From positions 59,272,001-59,336,000 of the forward strand of contig NC_042999.1 of assembly GCF_006345805.1 (NCBI RefSeq): a stretch of 64,000 nt of DNA, given 5' to 3'. The notes beneath the pieces were generated by a model. The model made no database searches. It was not told where the DNA came from and saw nothing but the letters and a program-made list of their open reading frames with translations. This document shows positions 38,998 to 53,742 of the stretch, piece by piece (the first letter of the stretch is position 1; every line of letters starts with the position of its first letter). This stretch comes from Octopus sinensis (Eukaryota). The position numbers and the translations under genes are program-made.

Positions 38998-39539
38998 TAT
39001 ATATATATACCATATCTCTAAGTATGTATACAGATACATACGGATTGATGTACATATATATATAGACATAACTATGTTTACACACAAAAGTTTATATGTA
39101 TACATATACAAGTATGTATATATATATGTCTGTGTGTGTGTATGTAGATATGTATGCATGAATATATGTATAGATATACACATTTATGTGCATAGTTATG
39201 CTTCCATTGTATATAGCTGTATGGTTCCTTTATGTGCGCCGGGAGTTTTGAATATATTATTTCCCTTACACTTTCGCTCAAAGCATCTTCACAAGAAAAT
39301 AAATCTTCTGATTATGAGATAGGACATGGGTCATAAGGTGAGAGACAGCGTAGGAATCTTTCATGTGTATCTGTCTATTCGCGGGGTGTGTTTATTAGTA
39401 TATATGTATATACTTTTGCATATATGTATTTTTGTATACATATATAGACTCTTACATACACAGACACACACACACACACATACTGTATATGCATACATAT
39501 ATATATATATATATTATATATATATATTTACATACATAA

Positions 39540-39579
<40 letters not shown>

Positions 39580-39900
39580 GCATATATATATATTTACATT
39601 TGGGTGCATACATAGATGTATGTATATATATATGTATATGTATTTGTGTATAATATATATATAATATATATATACATATGTATGTTGCTGTGCATATGCA
39701 TACAGACACATTCTCATACATTTATGGACACATATATACGTGTATGTGTATATAGATAGACATCCATGGAGATATATAAGTCTTTATCTTTATTTACATA
39801 TTCATATTACATACACACACATAGATGTGTATATATATATATATATATATGACCGGGTGTATGGTAATTTGCAATGGGAATGTGTATGCACGAACTGTGT
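37940..39900. repeat. Extended (TA)n/(TACA)n/(TG)n compound microsatellite fields
   Basis: Read directly. Similar fields lie at about 25690-26400, 28390-29640, 46500-46760, 47740-48470, 50630-51260, 52370-52800, 60100-60290 and 63190-63285. Confidence 0.9.
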
Positions 39901-40244
39901 TGATACATTAATGTACACGTGTGTGTATATATTTTATATACACACGATCTAATTGCTATTAGATATGTCTGTCCATTTTGGTACAAGCTTGAATTTTCAA
40001 GTGTGTTGCTTATGTCTGATTATAAATTTCTGTTTTTATCCTTTTCCCCTCCGACTCTCTCACATTCTCTATCTCAGGGCATTCTCTTTCTCTCTCTCTC
40101 TCTCTCTCTTTCATTTTCCCCTCTCGTGTTTCCCCGTACGATAATTCACCAAATCATTTGAATATTTCATGATTTGCATATTGCACTCAGTATGCATCCC
40201 TACACGTATGTTCGTATGCTTGCATGTATTTATGCGTGTATTCC

Positions 40245-40439
40245 TTATTCTTTCTTTTATTCTTTTATTCGCTTCAGTCATTTTCACTACGGCCATGCTG
40301 GAGCACCGCCTTTAGTCGAGCAAATCGACCCCAGGACACATTCTTTGTAAGCCTAGTACTTATTCTATCGGTCGCTTGTGCCGAAGTACTATGTTGCGGG
40401 GACGTAAACACACCAGCAATGATGTCAAGCGATGTTGGG

Positions 40440-40515
<76 letters not shown>

Positions 40516-40654
40516 GACGGGCTTCCACTCACAATGCTTTGGTCGGCCCGTGGTTATCATAGAAGACACTTGTCCAAGGTGCCACACAGTGGGACTGAAC
40601 CTGGAACCATATGGTTGGTTAGCAAGCTACTTACCACACAACCACTCCAGCGCC
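40245..40654 (-). mobile_element. SINE A, near full length with a small internal deletion
   Basis: Reverse-complement copy ending accactccagcgcc. Confidence 0.92.
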
Positions 40655-42149
40655 TATATGTGTAAATGCATACATGATTGTTTGTATGTATGTACGTATG
40701 TAGAAGATGTGCGCTTATACAACTGAGAAACCCTTGCATGCTTTGCCTGTTGGTCCTAAAGGACCAAATACGCAATACATATGCTGTCATATACAGGTGC
40801 CAATACCCTCTAGCGCTCTTTGCACGCAGACATGTAAATCTTTGAGTTTGCCTGTTCCTCTGTGTGTATATGTGTGTAGTGCGTGCGTGAGCGTGTGTAC
40901 GCGTATGTGTGTGTATGTGTGCGCGCGTGAATGTCTCTGTGTACGTGTGCGTGCGCCCTTCTACGCTCGTTTTTTTTTATTGGTTATTTTTGTGTTTGTA
41001 TGTGTGTGCCCGTTTAGCGTGGTATCGTTTGTTGTTGGTTTGTACGGGTCAATCATTGTTTCTGTTTCATTATGACGTGGCAAGGAGGTGCCTGTAACTT
41101 GATGATAATCATTCCAAAATTACTGAACTTTCATCTATTCGTTACATCCTTTGCCAATATGTATTCATATGTGTGTGTATGTATGTGTGTGTGTGTGTGT
41201 GTGTGTGTTTTGTCAGGTTTTTGTATATGTGTTTGTGGTGTTCTGATTCTCTAGATTGTCGAGGAAAGGGGAAAGGTGTACTGAATAAATTCATAGAATA
41301 TATTAATATAGACTCAATTTATTTGTCTCGTGATATGAGTTTCATGACACCGCCATCTTCAGTCGAGAACATCTTTTCTTTCAGTGGTTAGCGTTAATTT
41401 CATACAAGACGAAATTGGTCACCTTTTTGTGTATTTTTATTGATGTCGTTGTTTCATATTAAATGCTGTTTTTTATTGTTTTAGTAGGATTCGTTTTCTG
41501 TGTTTATTAATTTTGTAGATTGGCATTCGATAATAAATTACATTAGAGTTTTGAATCGTAGTTGTAGTGACATCTTTTATTAACTCGTTCTTTGTAAATT
41601 GTTTTTATTGTTTGCACTTGGTTATTTATAAGTTTATGAATCTGAATATTTCAACTGTTTCCGATGTATTTTTTTTTCTGACAAAGTTTTCCTTATTTCA
41701 TATCCTTGTTATCCAGGTATTTTTGTTACCCATTTAATCGTTTGTAACTGCAGATATTTTTTCCTGCGAAGACTCACGTATTGTTATTTATGTTTCACGT
41801 TTTTTTTACTGAGATTTCATTTATGTACAAAAAATTTTACAAACTCACACACATACACACACAACATACTCACATATAGTAGTTGTTGAACTGGTCATCT
41901 ATTTTTACCTTACACGTTTATCTGTTTAACATTTATCTAATGATGGCGGGATTTTGACATGGTATAACCAATAAAAAGCATCAATAAAACGCTGCGGAAA
42001 CAGCTGTTGTAAATTTTAAGACTTACTTGTGTTCTTTTCTTATGCATATAAACATACATATATACATAGATACAAGAGTTTATTCCCCAATCATGGCTGC
42101 TGAAGTTTCTCCATTTGGCAAAATGCCTGCCCCCTTAATTGCTATTATT

Positions 42150-43045
42150 GAGAGGCTCACAAATGCTTGAGTCACTTAGAACAGGGTAATGCAACGGCCA
42201 TCCCCAATGCTATGAATATATCAAAGGGATTATTACAAGGAGATATGTCTCTGTGCTTCTATTCATTTTGGCGTTAAATCCATTATCATTCATGTTAAAA
42301 AATACAAATGCTAGGGTCTGCAACTGTTAGAGATATTCATTTAGCCCTTAATTTCTTTGTGGATGACATTAAGAATTATGCTAAAAATAAAAATATTAGC
42401 AATGCCAAAAAACAACTGGAATTTATCGCATTTTCAGCTGACATAGGAATGGAATTTGGCCAGAAGAAATGTTCTTATTCAGTTCTCCCAGTCACAAAAC
42501 CTGTGCATCAATGATCTCATATCTCTTCTGTCCCACACAAAAAATGCTACAAGTAACCTGGCATTATATATATAAACCAATTTACTGTGAATAAAGATCG
42601 AGTGGCCCAAGAATATTATACCAGACTAATATAACTATGGCACTCCAAACTCTCCTCTTACAACTAGGCAATATCCCATAATGCATTTGCTGATTCCCAC
42701 ATTTGGCTTACTTCACTGGTCGGTAGAAGAAATCCAATCCATAGACATTAAAACCAGCAAGATTCTAACGTCATGTCGCATAGAAAGGTAGTACCTTGAT
42801 GACATTTTTGGGCAGCATGACGTCTTACACAAAAATGACATAATCTACATTTGCGGTTGGATCCTGGAACTCCAAGTGCGTCACTGTCTCTTCTGTTGAT
42901 CAGGTATTTAGTAGCAACCTCCTGTTCTTCGATGGCAAATACATAGCCTTCGAAGTGAATCCTAGCTAGAAACTTCAGAAATAGACATTGACTTCTATGC
43001 AGACGAATGAACAGCAAATAACTACGGCACAGAGAGCCATGGAAA
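42150..43045. pseudogene. R4/Dong-like LINE remnant with an internal inversion
   Basis: Plus strand: SKGLLQGD, LALNPLSFML, NFFVDDIKNYAKN, FSADIGMEFGQKKC, IPTFGLLHW..IDIKTSKILT. Minus strand 42770-43045: EGYVFAIEEQE..KCRLC and RHD. Confidence 0.75.
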
Positions 43046-43064
43046 GATGTATGCTGTAAATACC

Positions 43065-43297
43065 TATTTCTTTACTACCCACAAGGGGCTAAACACAGAG
43101 TGGAAAAAACAAGGACAGACAAACGGATTAAGTCGATTATATCGACCCCAGTGCGTAACTGGTACTTAATTTATCGACCTCGAAAGGATGAAAGGTAAAG
43201 TCAACCTCGGCGGAATTTGAACTCAGAACGTAACGGCAGACGAAATACCACTAAATATTTCGCCCGGCCTGGTAACGATTCTGCCAGCTCGCCGCCC
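43065..43297 (-). mobile_element. SINE B with 17-bp TSD
   Basis: TSD tgtatgctgtaaatacc at 43048-43064 and 43298-43314. Confidence 0.95.
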
Positions 43298-43319
43298 TGT
43301 ATGCTGTAAATACCGTTGC

Positions 43320-43508
43320 AGAAGAGTATTCAAAATGAGATAAGTTCACGAGAGAGTGGAATAAACGAGGTGTTTACAGAATGCCAAAATCACAAGTTTT
43401 ACATGGTACACAGACAAGAGACACATGCATTTGTTGACTGGTATCCAAGAAAAAAGATCAGGGAACTCTGATGGGTGATCTCCAACAGAAGATGGCGTGA
43501 AGATGATA
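43320..43508 (+). pseudogene. Possible RTE C-terminal remnant
   Basis: DWYPRKK...RRWREDDI resembles the RTE WxPR..R..GRP..RWxDDI ending. Confidence 0.4.
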
Positions 43509-43510
43509 TA

Positions 43511-44376
43511 CAAGGGGTACAAAAAAGAAACTGTAATTTTGCAATGTTATTTTATTCATTTAGTTTTACATGTTTTCACTTTTATCGCCTTCAAAGTATT
43601 CTTCATTTGAAGCAATACATCGGTTCAGACGCGTTCGAATCGGTCCTAGAACTCTTGCGAAGTGATACCTTTTAACGCATCTGTTGCTTTTTACTTTACC
43701 TCTTCCACAACCGCAAATTCCGTAGCACCAGTTTTCGTCACAGGTGATAACTTTCGAAAAATGGTCCGGACCATCTTTCAACTGTTTTTATAATTCACGA
43801 TGCGCATTGAGTCGTAACTGGTTTTGATCTTCTGTGAGAGCAAGCGAGGCACAAATTTTGCTACAACCCTCTTCATTCACAATTCATTGCTGAAAATTCG
43901 TTGGCAGAAGCTCCAGGACAAGTTCACCAATTCTCCGGAGACGGTGTTCCCAGATCATTTCATGAATTTTCGTGATGGTTTCACTCGTTCAGGAGATCGA
44001 TGGTCGTCCTGAACGAGGTTTGTCTTCATGCGACAAGATTCTATTCCTAAAGCGTGAAAACCACTCACAAACTTCTGTTTTGCGCATGGCAGCGTCCTTG
44101 TAAGCTGTCTGAAGCAGGACAACTGTTTCATGCGCCGTTTTCCCCAGCAGAAAACAGAAATTCACGGAACACTACAGCCATCGCAAAAATCAACCAACAG
44201 GAGAGAAACGCTGCAAAACAAATGCACATCACGTAGCAGTACGACTCGCCAGGAAGACGCCGGTTGCCTGACTGACGCTTGAGTGTGGCATCAAGTGGCT
44301 TATAGTGGCAGAAGCGGGAACTACAACGGGCTTGTCCGACACCGAACGTCTCCGGTCACTTTTCGATGCCACCTTG
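43511..44376 (-). mobile_element. Internally deleted mariner element with degenerate TIRs and TA TSDs
   Basis: TA at 43509-10 and 44377-78. Ends caaggggtacaaaaaag / cttttcgatgccaccttg. Translations EWFSRF..EDKPRSGRPS, AKFVPRLL, FSKVITCDENWCYG joined to RCIASNEEYFEGD. Confidence 0.85.
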
Positions 44377-45560
44377 TAAATTTTCCGTGGAAAAGGATGG
44401 TGCTACGAGGGGAAGAGATAATCAGGAATGTAGATTATATATTACTGCATGTAGGTACATATATATTTATATATTATAAATATAGCTATATATACATATA
44501 TATTTGTGTGTGTGTGTGTGTGCATGTTGCACTGTACCTTAGTCTTGACTCTCCCCTCATGTATTTAAGGCATAAATAAGATACCCCAATGCAACATATT
44601 CCAATCTGCGTAATCCATCTTAAATTATATGACATTTATGCCATTGAACATTATTTTACCGTCCAGAAATCACGGAAGAAATTGCTACATGTTTGTTAGA
44701 TTTACAAGAGATAACATCCAAATCGTTCTCAGATTGTATCCTAGAAACCCAAACACCATTAAATAGCGTAAGTCGCTATAAATGATTCCTAGAGAAGGAA
44801 TTTTATGATGACGTGATGACAGAGGCTGGAAGATTGATTTTAAAATTGGTAAATCAGTGTGCTAAACAAGTATATCCTTATATTTAAACGAACCATATAT
44901 AAAGTCGCATGGTATTTGCATAAACATTAAGAAAATGGATACAAGAACAATTTGTAGTTCTAGATACAATATCCTTGCAAATAATACAACACTTTTACAG
45001 TTTTGAGTTTCTTTCCTCATAACTCTGCTTAAAAAGAGCTAATTTTGTAATAAACAACAGCAAGAGGTATGTTCAGAACGCATTAAACTAAGGTTTTAAT
45101 GACGTATCCAAATAATTATCGTTACAGATGTTTGTATACGACGTGTGTCACAAATATCTAAGATCGTGAATTTATTCATTGTTTGATCTGGACGAAAGGG
45201 TTGTGTCCATGTCTTGGAGAGGTACGAGATACTATGCACTTCGACGTAGTTAAAGTTCTTTTTAAATAGATATAAATCGACGGCTGTTAGAAAGAAATAC
45301 ATGGGAAAGGAAGGACTTCTAGAGACCCTATATTGCAAGGATGAAAGCTTAGTTGTAGAGGTTAATTCAAAGCCTGGGCGTTGACTCAGTATGCATGAGG
45401 ATAATTAGAGAGACGTCTAAGTCAGGGGGTTCTCAGTTGGGGTGACATGGCATTAGCCATCCCTACGGAAGATAAACCATTTTTGTAACAGTAGCAAAGC
45501 CAAATATTGATCTAGTCACTGTATATAAATATATATATAGTCTCATTATAATTGGTCTGT

Positions 45561-45857
45561 GGAGGCGCAACGGCCCAGTGGTTAGGGCAGCAGACTCGCA
45601 GTCGGAGGATCGCGGTTTCGATTCCCAGACCGGGCGTTGTGTGTGTTTATTGAGCGAAAAACACCTAAAGCTCCACGAGCCCCCGGAAGGGGGTGGTGGC
45701 GACCTCTGTTGTACTCTTTCGCCCCAACTTTCTCTCACTCTTTCTTCTTGTTTTTTGAGTAACGATGCTATGGACTGGCGTCCCGTCCAGCTGGGGGGAA
45801 CACATAGGCCATAGAAACCGGGCCCATGAACCTGGCGAGGCGTAAATAAAAAAATAA
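45561..45857 (+). mobile_element. SINE C, full length, 12-bp TSD
   Basis: TSD taattggtctgt (45549-60) / taattagtctgt (45858-69); A box tggcccagtgg-like; V-like atggactggcgtcccgtccag. Confidence 0.93.
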
Positions 45858-46326
45858 TAATTAGTCTGTAGGCTAGGGTTTAATCGAGCGAGCGACTTAA
45901 ATGCGGTGACCTGTTATGATGATGTCGTTGTATGTAGTATCAACCTCATTGCAGATAATAGCAGTAATAGCATTGCTTAGTTATATCACGTGATTTATCA
46001 GTATATGGGGCGGGGATGAATTAAGTATTTCGTGACCAGTTTTTTCTGGTGCAGTCATTATTGATGTTTCTAGCTGTGCCTTGTTAGTGTTTATGGTAGG
46101 TACGATGTTATATTGTTCAAATAGGGACTAACGCTGTGCTGTTAAACTAGACAAGACTAGCATGACAAAATTGGATTGGGAGATATGTTATTTTAAATGG
46201 GTGATATATCCTTGACAAAATTAAGGAAAAAGCGTATGTGATTCATTTACTAAAAAAATTGTTAATATTTATTGATTGCGGTTGATACAGTACTGAACGT
46301 AAAAGGCTTGGGTTAGAGTGTCCATA

Positions 46327-46367
<41 letters not shown>

Positions 46368-46580
46368 ATAATTAAAATATGATAGATTATCAGTAACACT
46401 ACTTAGCATAGCATTAATCACACCACTGTACGGGAAACAAAGATTAGCGTTCATAAATCTAACAATACCCACATATACCATTTATACACACAAATACACA
46501 CATACATATTGATAGATAGATAAACTGATAGATAGACAGACAGCAGACATACAGACAAATAGACAGAGAGACAGACAGAC

Positions 46581-46653
<73 letters not shown>

Positions 46654-47907
46654 TACAGACAGACAGACAGACGGACGGACGGACGGACGGACGGACGGAC
46701 GGACGGACGGATGGATGGATGGATGAATGGATGGATGGATGGATGGATGGATATGTATATATAATCGGAACAGAAATATCCTACAACCATTTCCATCAAC
46801 CAACATCGAAATATTGTACGTTCTAAGCTGGTGTGTTGAAGGCATATATAAAATCGTAGAATGGTAATGGAGGTCTCCTTAATTGGATGTTTTTAGAAAT
46901 GCTATAAATGGATAGAATTTCTGTAAAAAATAATCTGTTTCCATATTTCGTGGACAAACTGAAAGCAAAATAGGAGAATGGATTAAAGCAAAAATTCGGG
47001 TGTTCGATGCATTGGTTGATCAGCTTCTATTGAGCGTATGGATATGCAGTGTACGGTGAGAATTATGAGAGCTGGCGCCAGCGTAAGAGACAATAAAAAA
47101 AAAGAATAAGGTAAACCGTTGGCATAATGTATGAATTGCATTTAATTAATGATAAAACAATTAAAATAACCACAGAAACGACAAAGAAATATTAGGATGC
47201 ACACGGGATTACAAAATAATTAGTTTGGCCGAGAGGTGATGATGAATCTATGATCGAAACATTTAATGGAATGTAATATACTTATGCAGTGTTATATAGC
47301 CTACAACACAAGGGATTTATCTATAGAATGATGAGATTCATGTGGCTGATCAGAGATGTATTTCCATAAAGAGATTAGAGAACGCCAGCAGATATAAAAT
47401 CTGCACTGAGTGAATTAATGCCACAGAAGCGAGATGAGTAGAAGTTGAACGACGATGTATAATTATCTCGTATTTTCGGGTAAATTAAGCTGTTAGCGAT
47501 GCAAGAAATTGAATGATCAAGGTTGTGGTCATAGAAGAGAGTGAGGTGTTTAGCGAGAGAGAGAGAGAGAGAGACAGACAGGCAGAGAGTGGGGACGGGA
47601 TAACTAACTGATGATATTCATTTCAATAATCAACTTCCTCTCGATCCGTATATAAAGCAAAACTACATAACAGTGGAAAGGAGTGGTTACTTAAACATAC
47701 AGCAACTAGAAGATCGTTTCATCTATTACAATTCATCACACACACGCGCGCGAGCGCGCACACACACACACACACGCATATATATATACATGCACAAATA
47801 TATGCATATATATGTATAATTATATACACACGCAAGTGCACACGTTCATACATACATGCATACATACATATATATGTACATATATACATGTGTATCCATG
47901 TATATGC

Positions 47908-47956
<49 letters not shown>

Positions 47957-48276
47957 AAATATATGTATCCAAATATATATATATATATATCCGCATATGT
48001 ATATATATATATAAATATATATGTATGCGTATATATATATATATTATATATATATATATATATAATTCCACCTATCTATCTGATATATATATATATATGT
48101 ATGTATATATATATATACATATATACATATGCATGATATATATATATATATATATATGCGTGTATATATACAGGTAGGTACGTACATATATGTATATATA
48201 TATGCATATGTTTTATTTATTAATATATATATATATATATGTATATATAAATATATATGCATGCATATGTATATAT

Positions 48277-48331
<55 letters not shown>

Positions 48332-49344
48332 CAAATATACATACATACATATATACATATGCATGCATATATATTTCTATATATATATATATGTATATAT
48401 AAATATATATGTATGCGTATATATATAATTCCATCTATCTATCTCATATATATATATATGCATGTATATATCTCTCTGTCTGTCGCAATAAATTCTGTAC
48501 CGAACAACACCGCCTAAGCAGGAGATAGAGATGTAAATCGCATTAAGCTTCAAAACACAACTTTGATCATGAACTCTCTCTTACGTCTTTTGTGTTCCGT
48601 TTCCTTTTCCTTTTCTTCATTTTTCTTTTCGCTTTTCCTTTTATTCATCTTTTTTTTTATTTTATTTTTCCCCAGTTCTTTTTTTTTTCTTTTTCTTCTT
48701 CTTATTCTATTTCGTTTTCTTATTCTTGATTTATTACCGATATCAATCAGCCTCCTATTGTAAATCGTTCAAATAGGAAGTGACTCTTATAATACAACAT
48801 TAACAATCATCCTTGATTAGCAGACAGAAAATTTTAACGGGTGAATAGACGCTTAGTTCAAGATTTTAACAGAACCATTGTTAAAGTTACTAACCTGAAC
48901 AATTCTTTCATATGAAACGATCTTGTATTCGCTAGTTAAGCGCAATCGCGTTGATATTGGTCCTGTTACCACTATTGTTTGTTGCTTTTCTTGTTATTAT
49001 TTATTATTTTTGTTGTTGTCAGTTATGCTGTTTACTCGGCTATACTTTTTTATTATAGTTTTTATATCAGTAACGTTTTGTATATTTGTTTTTGTTCTTG
49101 GTTCTGATTCTCAGTATAAACAATGAACGATTATTATTTATTTTGTTTTATTTCATATGATTTAATTCTATTTACTTTTGGAAATGGAAATTACTTTCAA
49201 TTGACGTCGATACTGTAATCTTTTATTTCTAGTTACTAAAATGTCCAGCTCCTGGTGTAATGTAGATATCAGAAGCTAAGTCGTGGACACTTTGTACTTG
49301 GGTGTAATAGTTTACGAGGCGAGAAATCGCTTTTCATTTTTTTT

Positions 49345-49715
49345 ACCCCTGGCAGGATTGGAGCAACGTAAAATGAATTAACTTGCCCAAGGAAACAGTG
49401 CACGGTTTAGACCAGAAACTGAACTAAGGCGGCGACCTGGCAGAAACGTTTACACTGCGGGTGAAATGCTTTGCAGTATTTCGTCTGCCGCTATGTTCTG
49501 AGTTCAAATTCCGCCGAGGTCGACTTTGCCTTTCATCCCTTCGGGGTTGATAAATTAAGTACCAGTTACGCACTGAGGACGATGTGATCGACTTAATCCC
49601 TTTGTTTGTCCTTGTTTGTCCCTTCCATGTTTAGCCCCTTGTGGGCAATAAAGAAATAAGAAACTAAACCCAGTACCTAACAAGCCTGACACCAACTGCT
49701 TAACCACAATGAGAC
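49345..49715 (-). mobile_element. Old CORE-type SINE fragment interrupted by SINE B
   Basis: Minus strand: tgtggttaagc...gggtt|agtttctgg...ccttgggcaagtt...ttgctccaatcc. Confidence 0.6.
49426..49658 (+). mobile_element. SINE B with about 11-bp TSD
   Basis: agaaactgaac (49414-24) / agaaactaaac (49659-69). Confidence 0.92.
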
Positions 49716-50629
49716 AGATTTCACACGCTCTTTGTTTTTGTTTTTGTAAAATGAAATGTGTTTTGCATAAATGTATAAACTCCAATACCCATGGCTGTAT
49801 GCTGCTTGGAAAAGCATCGGCAAATTCGGCGCTAACATACATAATATACTGATCCAGAATATTTTAATTAAACTAAATTACACGCGTAGTAAGGAGAAAA
49901 AGAAAGTCATGTCTGTTCTTAAATAATTTTAGTTTGAATCTAAATTAAGTTTGCTGATATATCTAGTACCCTTCATCTTCGTCTACCTTCATCAACTGAA
50001 AATCTCTACCACCATTAATGATTAAAATCACAAGAATTCATGCGACTCGTTCGCAATTGACCTGCAACTGTACAGCACTGAGTATTTATCTGCCGTGAGT
50101 CACTCAGTTTGTGATGCTTACTATAAATTGCAATACGACAATCGAGAGAGCCGATATGCTTTTCGACATTGACTGGATTAGATATGAAGATATTTTAGAG
50201 ATAGTGGCGGCCTGTCAGAAAAATGAGCCCCAGCCCCATGAAGTGGAGAGTCTACTGCAGGGCGCTCCTGCTTTACCCCACCATTGTTTCTCCATCTTTT
50301 CCTTTTTATCATCTTTTTAAAGTGTATATTAATAAATAAGATAGTGCAGACCTCTTTTAATCATTTGGTCAAATGTAGTCTCTGAAATACGGAATGATCT
50401 ATATGTTATCAGTGAAAAGGCTATAAGAGCGTAACAAGCTTTAAATTTTTCCTTGACCACCTTCGTCTATAAATGCAAATTCATTTTCAGTAATTAATTC
50501 ATTTTCAAATTATCTCCATGTTCTCTCCAGAATCATAACGATTACCATTAATATTTGTGATTTCATCTCCAAGAAAAAGGGAAATTTCAGTTTCCTTACG
50601 ATCAGTCTGTGCGCGTAACTATGTACAGA

Positions 50630-50722
<93 letters not shown>

Positions 50723-51488
50723 GCACACACACACACGCACACGCACACACACTCACACGTATGCACACAAACACACACATATATGTGCATATGTGTGTGA
50801 GTGTACATACGTACGCGTACACACACACACACACACACATATGCACAAATACATATATGTGTGTGTGTGTGTGTTGGCGTTTGAATAACACTCATAACAC
50901 GACCACATTTTGTCGGCACATTGGCTCATTTGTATTCCATGAATTGATCATGTATGTATGTATGCATGCATGTATGGATGAATGTATATTTGCATGTGTA
51001 TGTATATATATATACACCAGAGTAAGTTCACAAATGGGAAAGTAGGTGAATAAAATAGTACTGGAATACATTGGTAGAATAATATGCTTTATTAACAAAG
51101 CTGCAAAGACCACTAGATAGTTTTTAAACATATTGGTATGCGTATATACGCTAGGGTGTATATATGTATCTTCTAGATACATACATACGTACATACATAC
51201 ATACATACATACATACATACATACATACATACATACATACATACATACATACATTCATTTATACATATATATATATAATCAATAATATCAGGGTAAGAAA
51301 AACAGTTTAGAATTTTTTTTTACTACGAGTGTTCTAGCGTGTACAAAAATTAGTCAATAGACTATATATTATTTCCCTAATAATGGTTATATAACCCTAA
51401 TAGTGGTTAGGATTTTGGCATTTCCTTCTAGCGTCCCAGGTATCCTATGACGGTTACCTCTTATGCCTTTAAATGTAAACTGTATGTA

Positions 51489-51528
<40 letters not shown>

Positions 51529-51607
51529 TTTCAAAATGTGACCTCGTGTGCACCGTTGGCGATTTTTTCCCTCTGTCTTCCCTTCTCTGGATCTTTCCTT
51601 CTCCTAT

Positions 51608-51642
51608 GTTTCCGACGAAGAGCTCTGCTCGAAACGTTAAAC
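51608..51642 (+). ncRNA. Second minimal hammerhead-like motif with a variant core, in a putative Penelope-derived repeat (about 51395-51740)
   Basis: gttt, CCGACGA, a, gagc-tct-gctc, GAAA, cg, TT, aaac. Stems I and II pair. Confidence 0.55.
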
Positions 51643-51835
51643 CCTCCTTCTTTCCTTCTTTCCTGAGCGTCCAATAATACTATATTTGTTCCACATCCTC
51701 GCGTTGTTGTGTTTTTTGTGTTTTCTTGTTTGGATTAACTATATATATATATATATATGTATGTATATACATATATATGTGTATACGCTTCCAGACATAT
51801 TTAAAAACTGTTAGATGGTATTATATATAAATATA

Positions 51836-52339
51836 CACAGGGTATCACCCAAAATTTGACGTAACACGAAATGTGAATGACTAAGTAACTACATGTCCTA
51901 GGCAAACGAAATTGAATAAGCTTTATGTTGAAGAATTAAAAATTTATTGATCTAAATTGAAAGAGATTCAGAAGGACGTAGATTTTATAAGAGATTTCAC
52001 AAAGTTTCACACATATGCACATCATCTCTGACTCGACACACGCCGAGTCAGTAGTCTAGCTCCCGCCAGACACGCTGTAGCAGGTCTTGCATTAATGTCT
52101 CCAGTACCTCAGCGATTCTCAGGTTAAATTCCTCTAGCTCTGGAGGAAGAAGTGTGATATAGACCGGTCCTTTCAATCAGGTGAACACGGTGGCCTTCTC
52201 AACAGCTCATTGTCATTGTCACTGGTATGCCCAATCTGAACTTAGTTTTTGCACGTTTTGTTAAAATTTCAGATCATTTGTGCGAGAATCAGCAATGTTA
52301 TAAGACACTGAAATGTTATCAATTTTTTGGAACAGGCTA
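51836..52339 (-). mobile_element. Deleted Tc1/mariner-superfamily element (C-terminal remnant between TIR-like ends)
   Basis: Minus strand: PPCSPD and LEEFNLRI..LLQRVWRELDY*LGVCR. Ends cagggtatcacccaaaa / ttttggaacaggcta. Confidence 0.7.
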
Positions 52340-52467
52340 TACATACAGAGAGACAAAGAGACAGACAGACAGACATAAATACATACATACATATATATAT
52401 ATATAATATATATATATATTATATATATATATATATATGTATGTGTGTATATATATGCATATCTATG

Positions 52468-52516
<49 letters not shown>

Positions 52517-52541
52517 ATATATATATATGTATGTATATATA

Positions 52542-52592
<51 letters not shown>

Positions 52593-53449
52593 GTATATAT
52601 ATCAATATATGTATATATGTAGACACGCATTTACACAACCACGCGCACATACACAGGTATACACACGCATATACATATATATATATATATATATATACAT
52701 ACATACATACATGCATACATACATATACATGTATGTATTTAGACACGCATTTACACAACTACGCGCACATACACACGTATACACACGCACACACATACAT
52801 GCAGGATTGATTGAATCTATTAATGCTCTTTCGAATCGTATTTTCTGCTTTGTACGCCACCTACAATGTAAATTATTCATCATTATATTCTATTTCGTTT
52901 TGCATCAAAATACATGAAATACGAAAGAAATTAACATACAGCTAATAATGTTGAGCTGACATTCATTAATAATTAGCCGAGTGAAAGCGTTAAATAATTC
53001 TGATCCGAAAGTTGCGTAATATTTCGAAAGATTGGAATATTCCAATCAATTGTATCACGCACGGGAGTCACAGCAAAATATCTGTTCAGAAGCTTTATAA
53101 CATAGATGTTAGACACGGAAAGCAGCGCATTGCTTACATTGTTGATATATTCAAATCAAGCAATGCAATACAGTACATACTTCTGATCTGTGTATATTGT
53201 ATATTCAATAACATTCTTTTATTATTAATGACAGTAATTATCACAAAACATGTAACGAGTTGTTGTCATGAAAATCATGAATCTGTCCATCCTCTGCTAT
53301 TGTATATCTTGCAGTGTTCATTGTATACCTGATATCTTTTGTTCGATGGAAACCACATATTAAAATCAGTAAAAACAATATCAGCTACATCTCACTCGAA
53401 TTTGAACAGAAGGGAGAGCATTATACCTATAAAAATTAACAGTGATATA

Positions 53450-53634
53450 GGCATAGGAGTGGCCGTGTGGTAAGTAGTTTTGCTTACCAACCGCATGGTT
53501 CCGGGTTCAGTCCCACTGCGTGACACCTTGGGCAAGTGCCTTCTACGACCAAAGCCTTGTGAGTGGATTTGGTAGACGGAAACTGAAAGAAGCTCGTCGT
53601 ATATATGCATGCATTTCATTCAACTACTTAAACA

Positions 53635-53679
<45 letters not shown>

Positions 53680-53698
53680 GTATGTATGTATGTATGTA

Positions 53699-53742
<44 letters not shown>

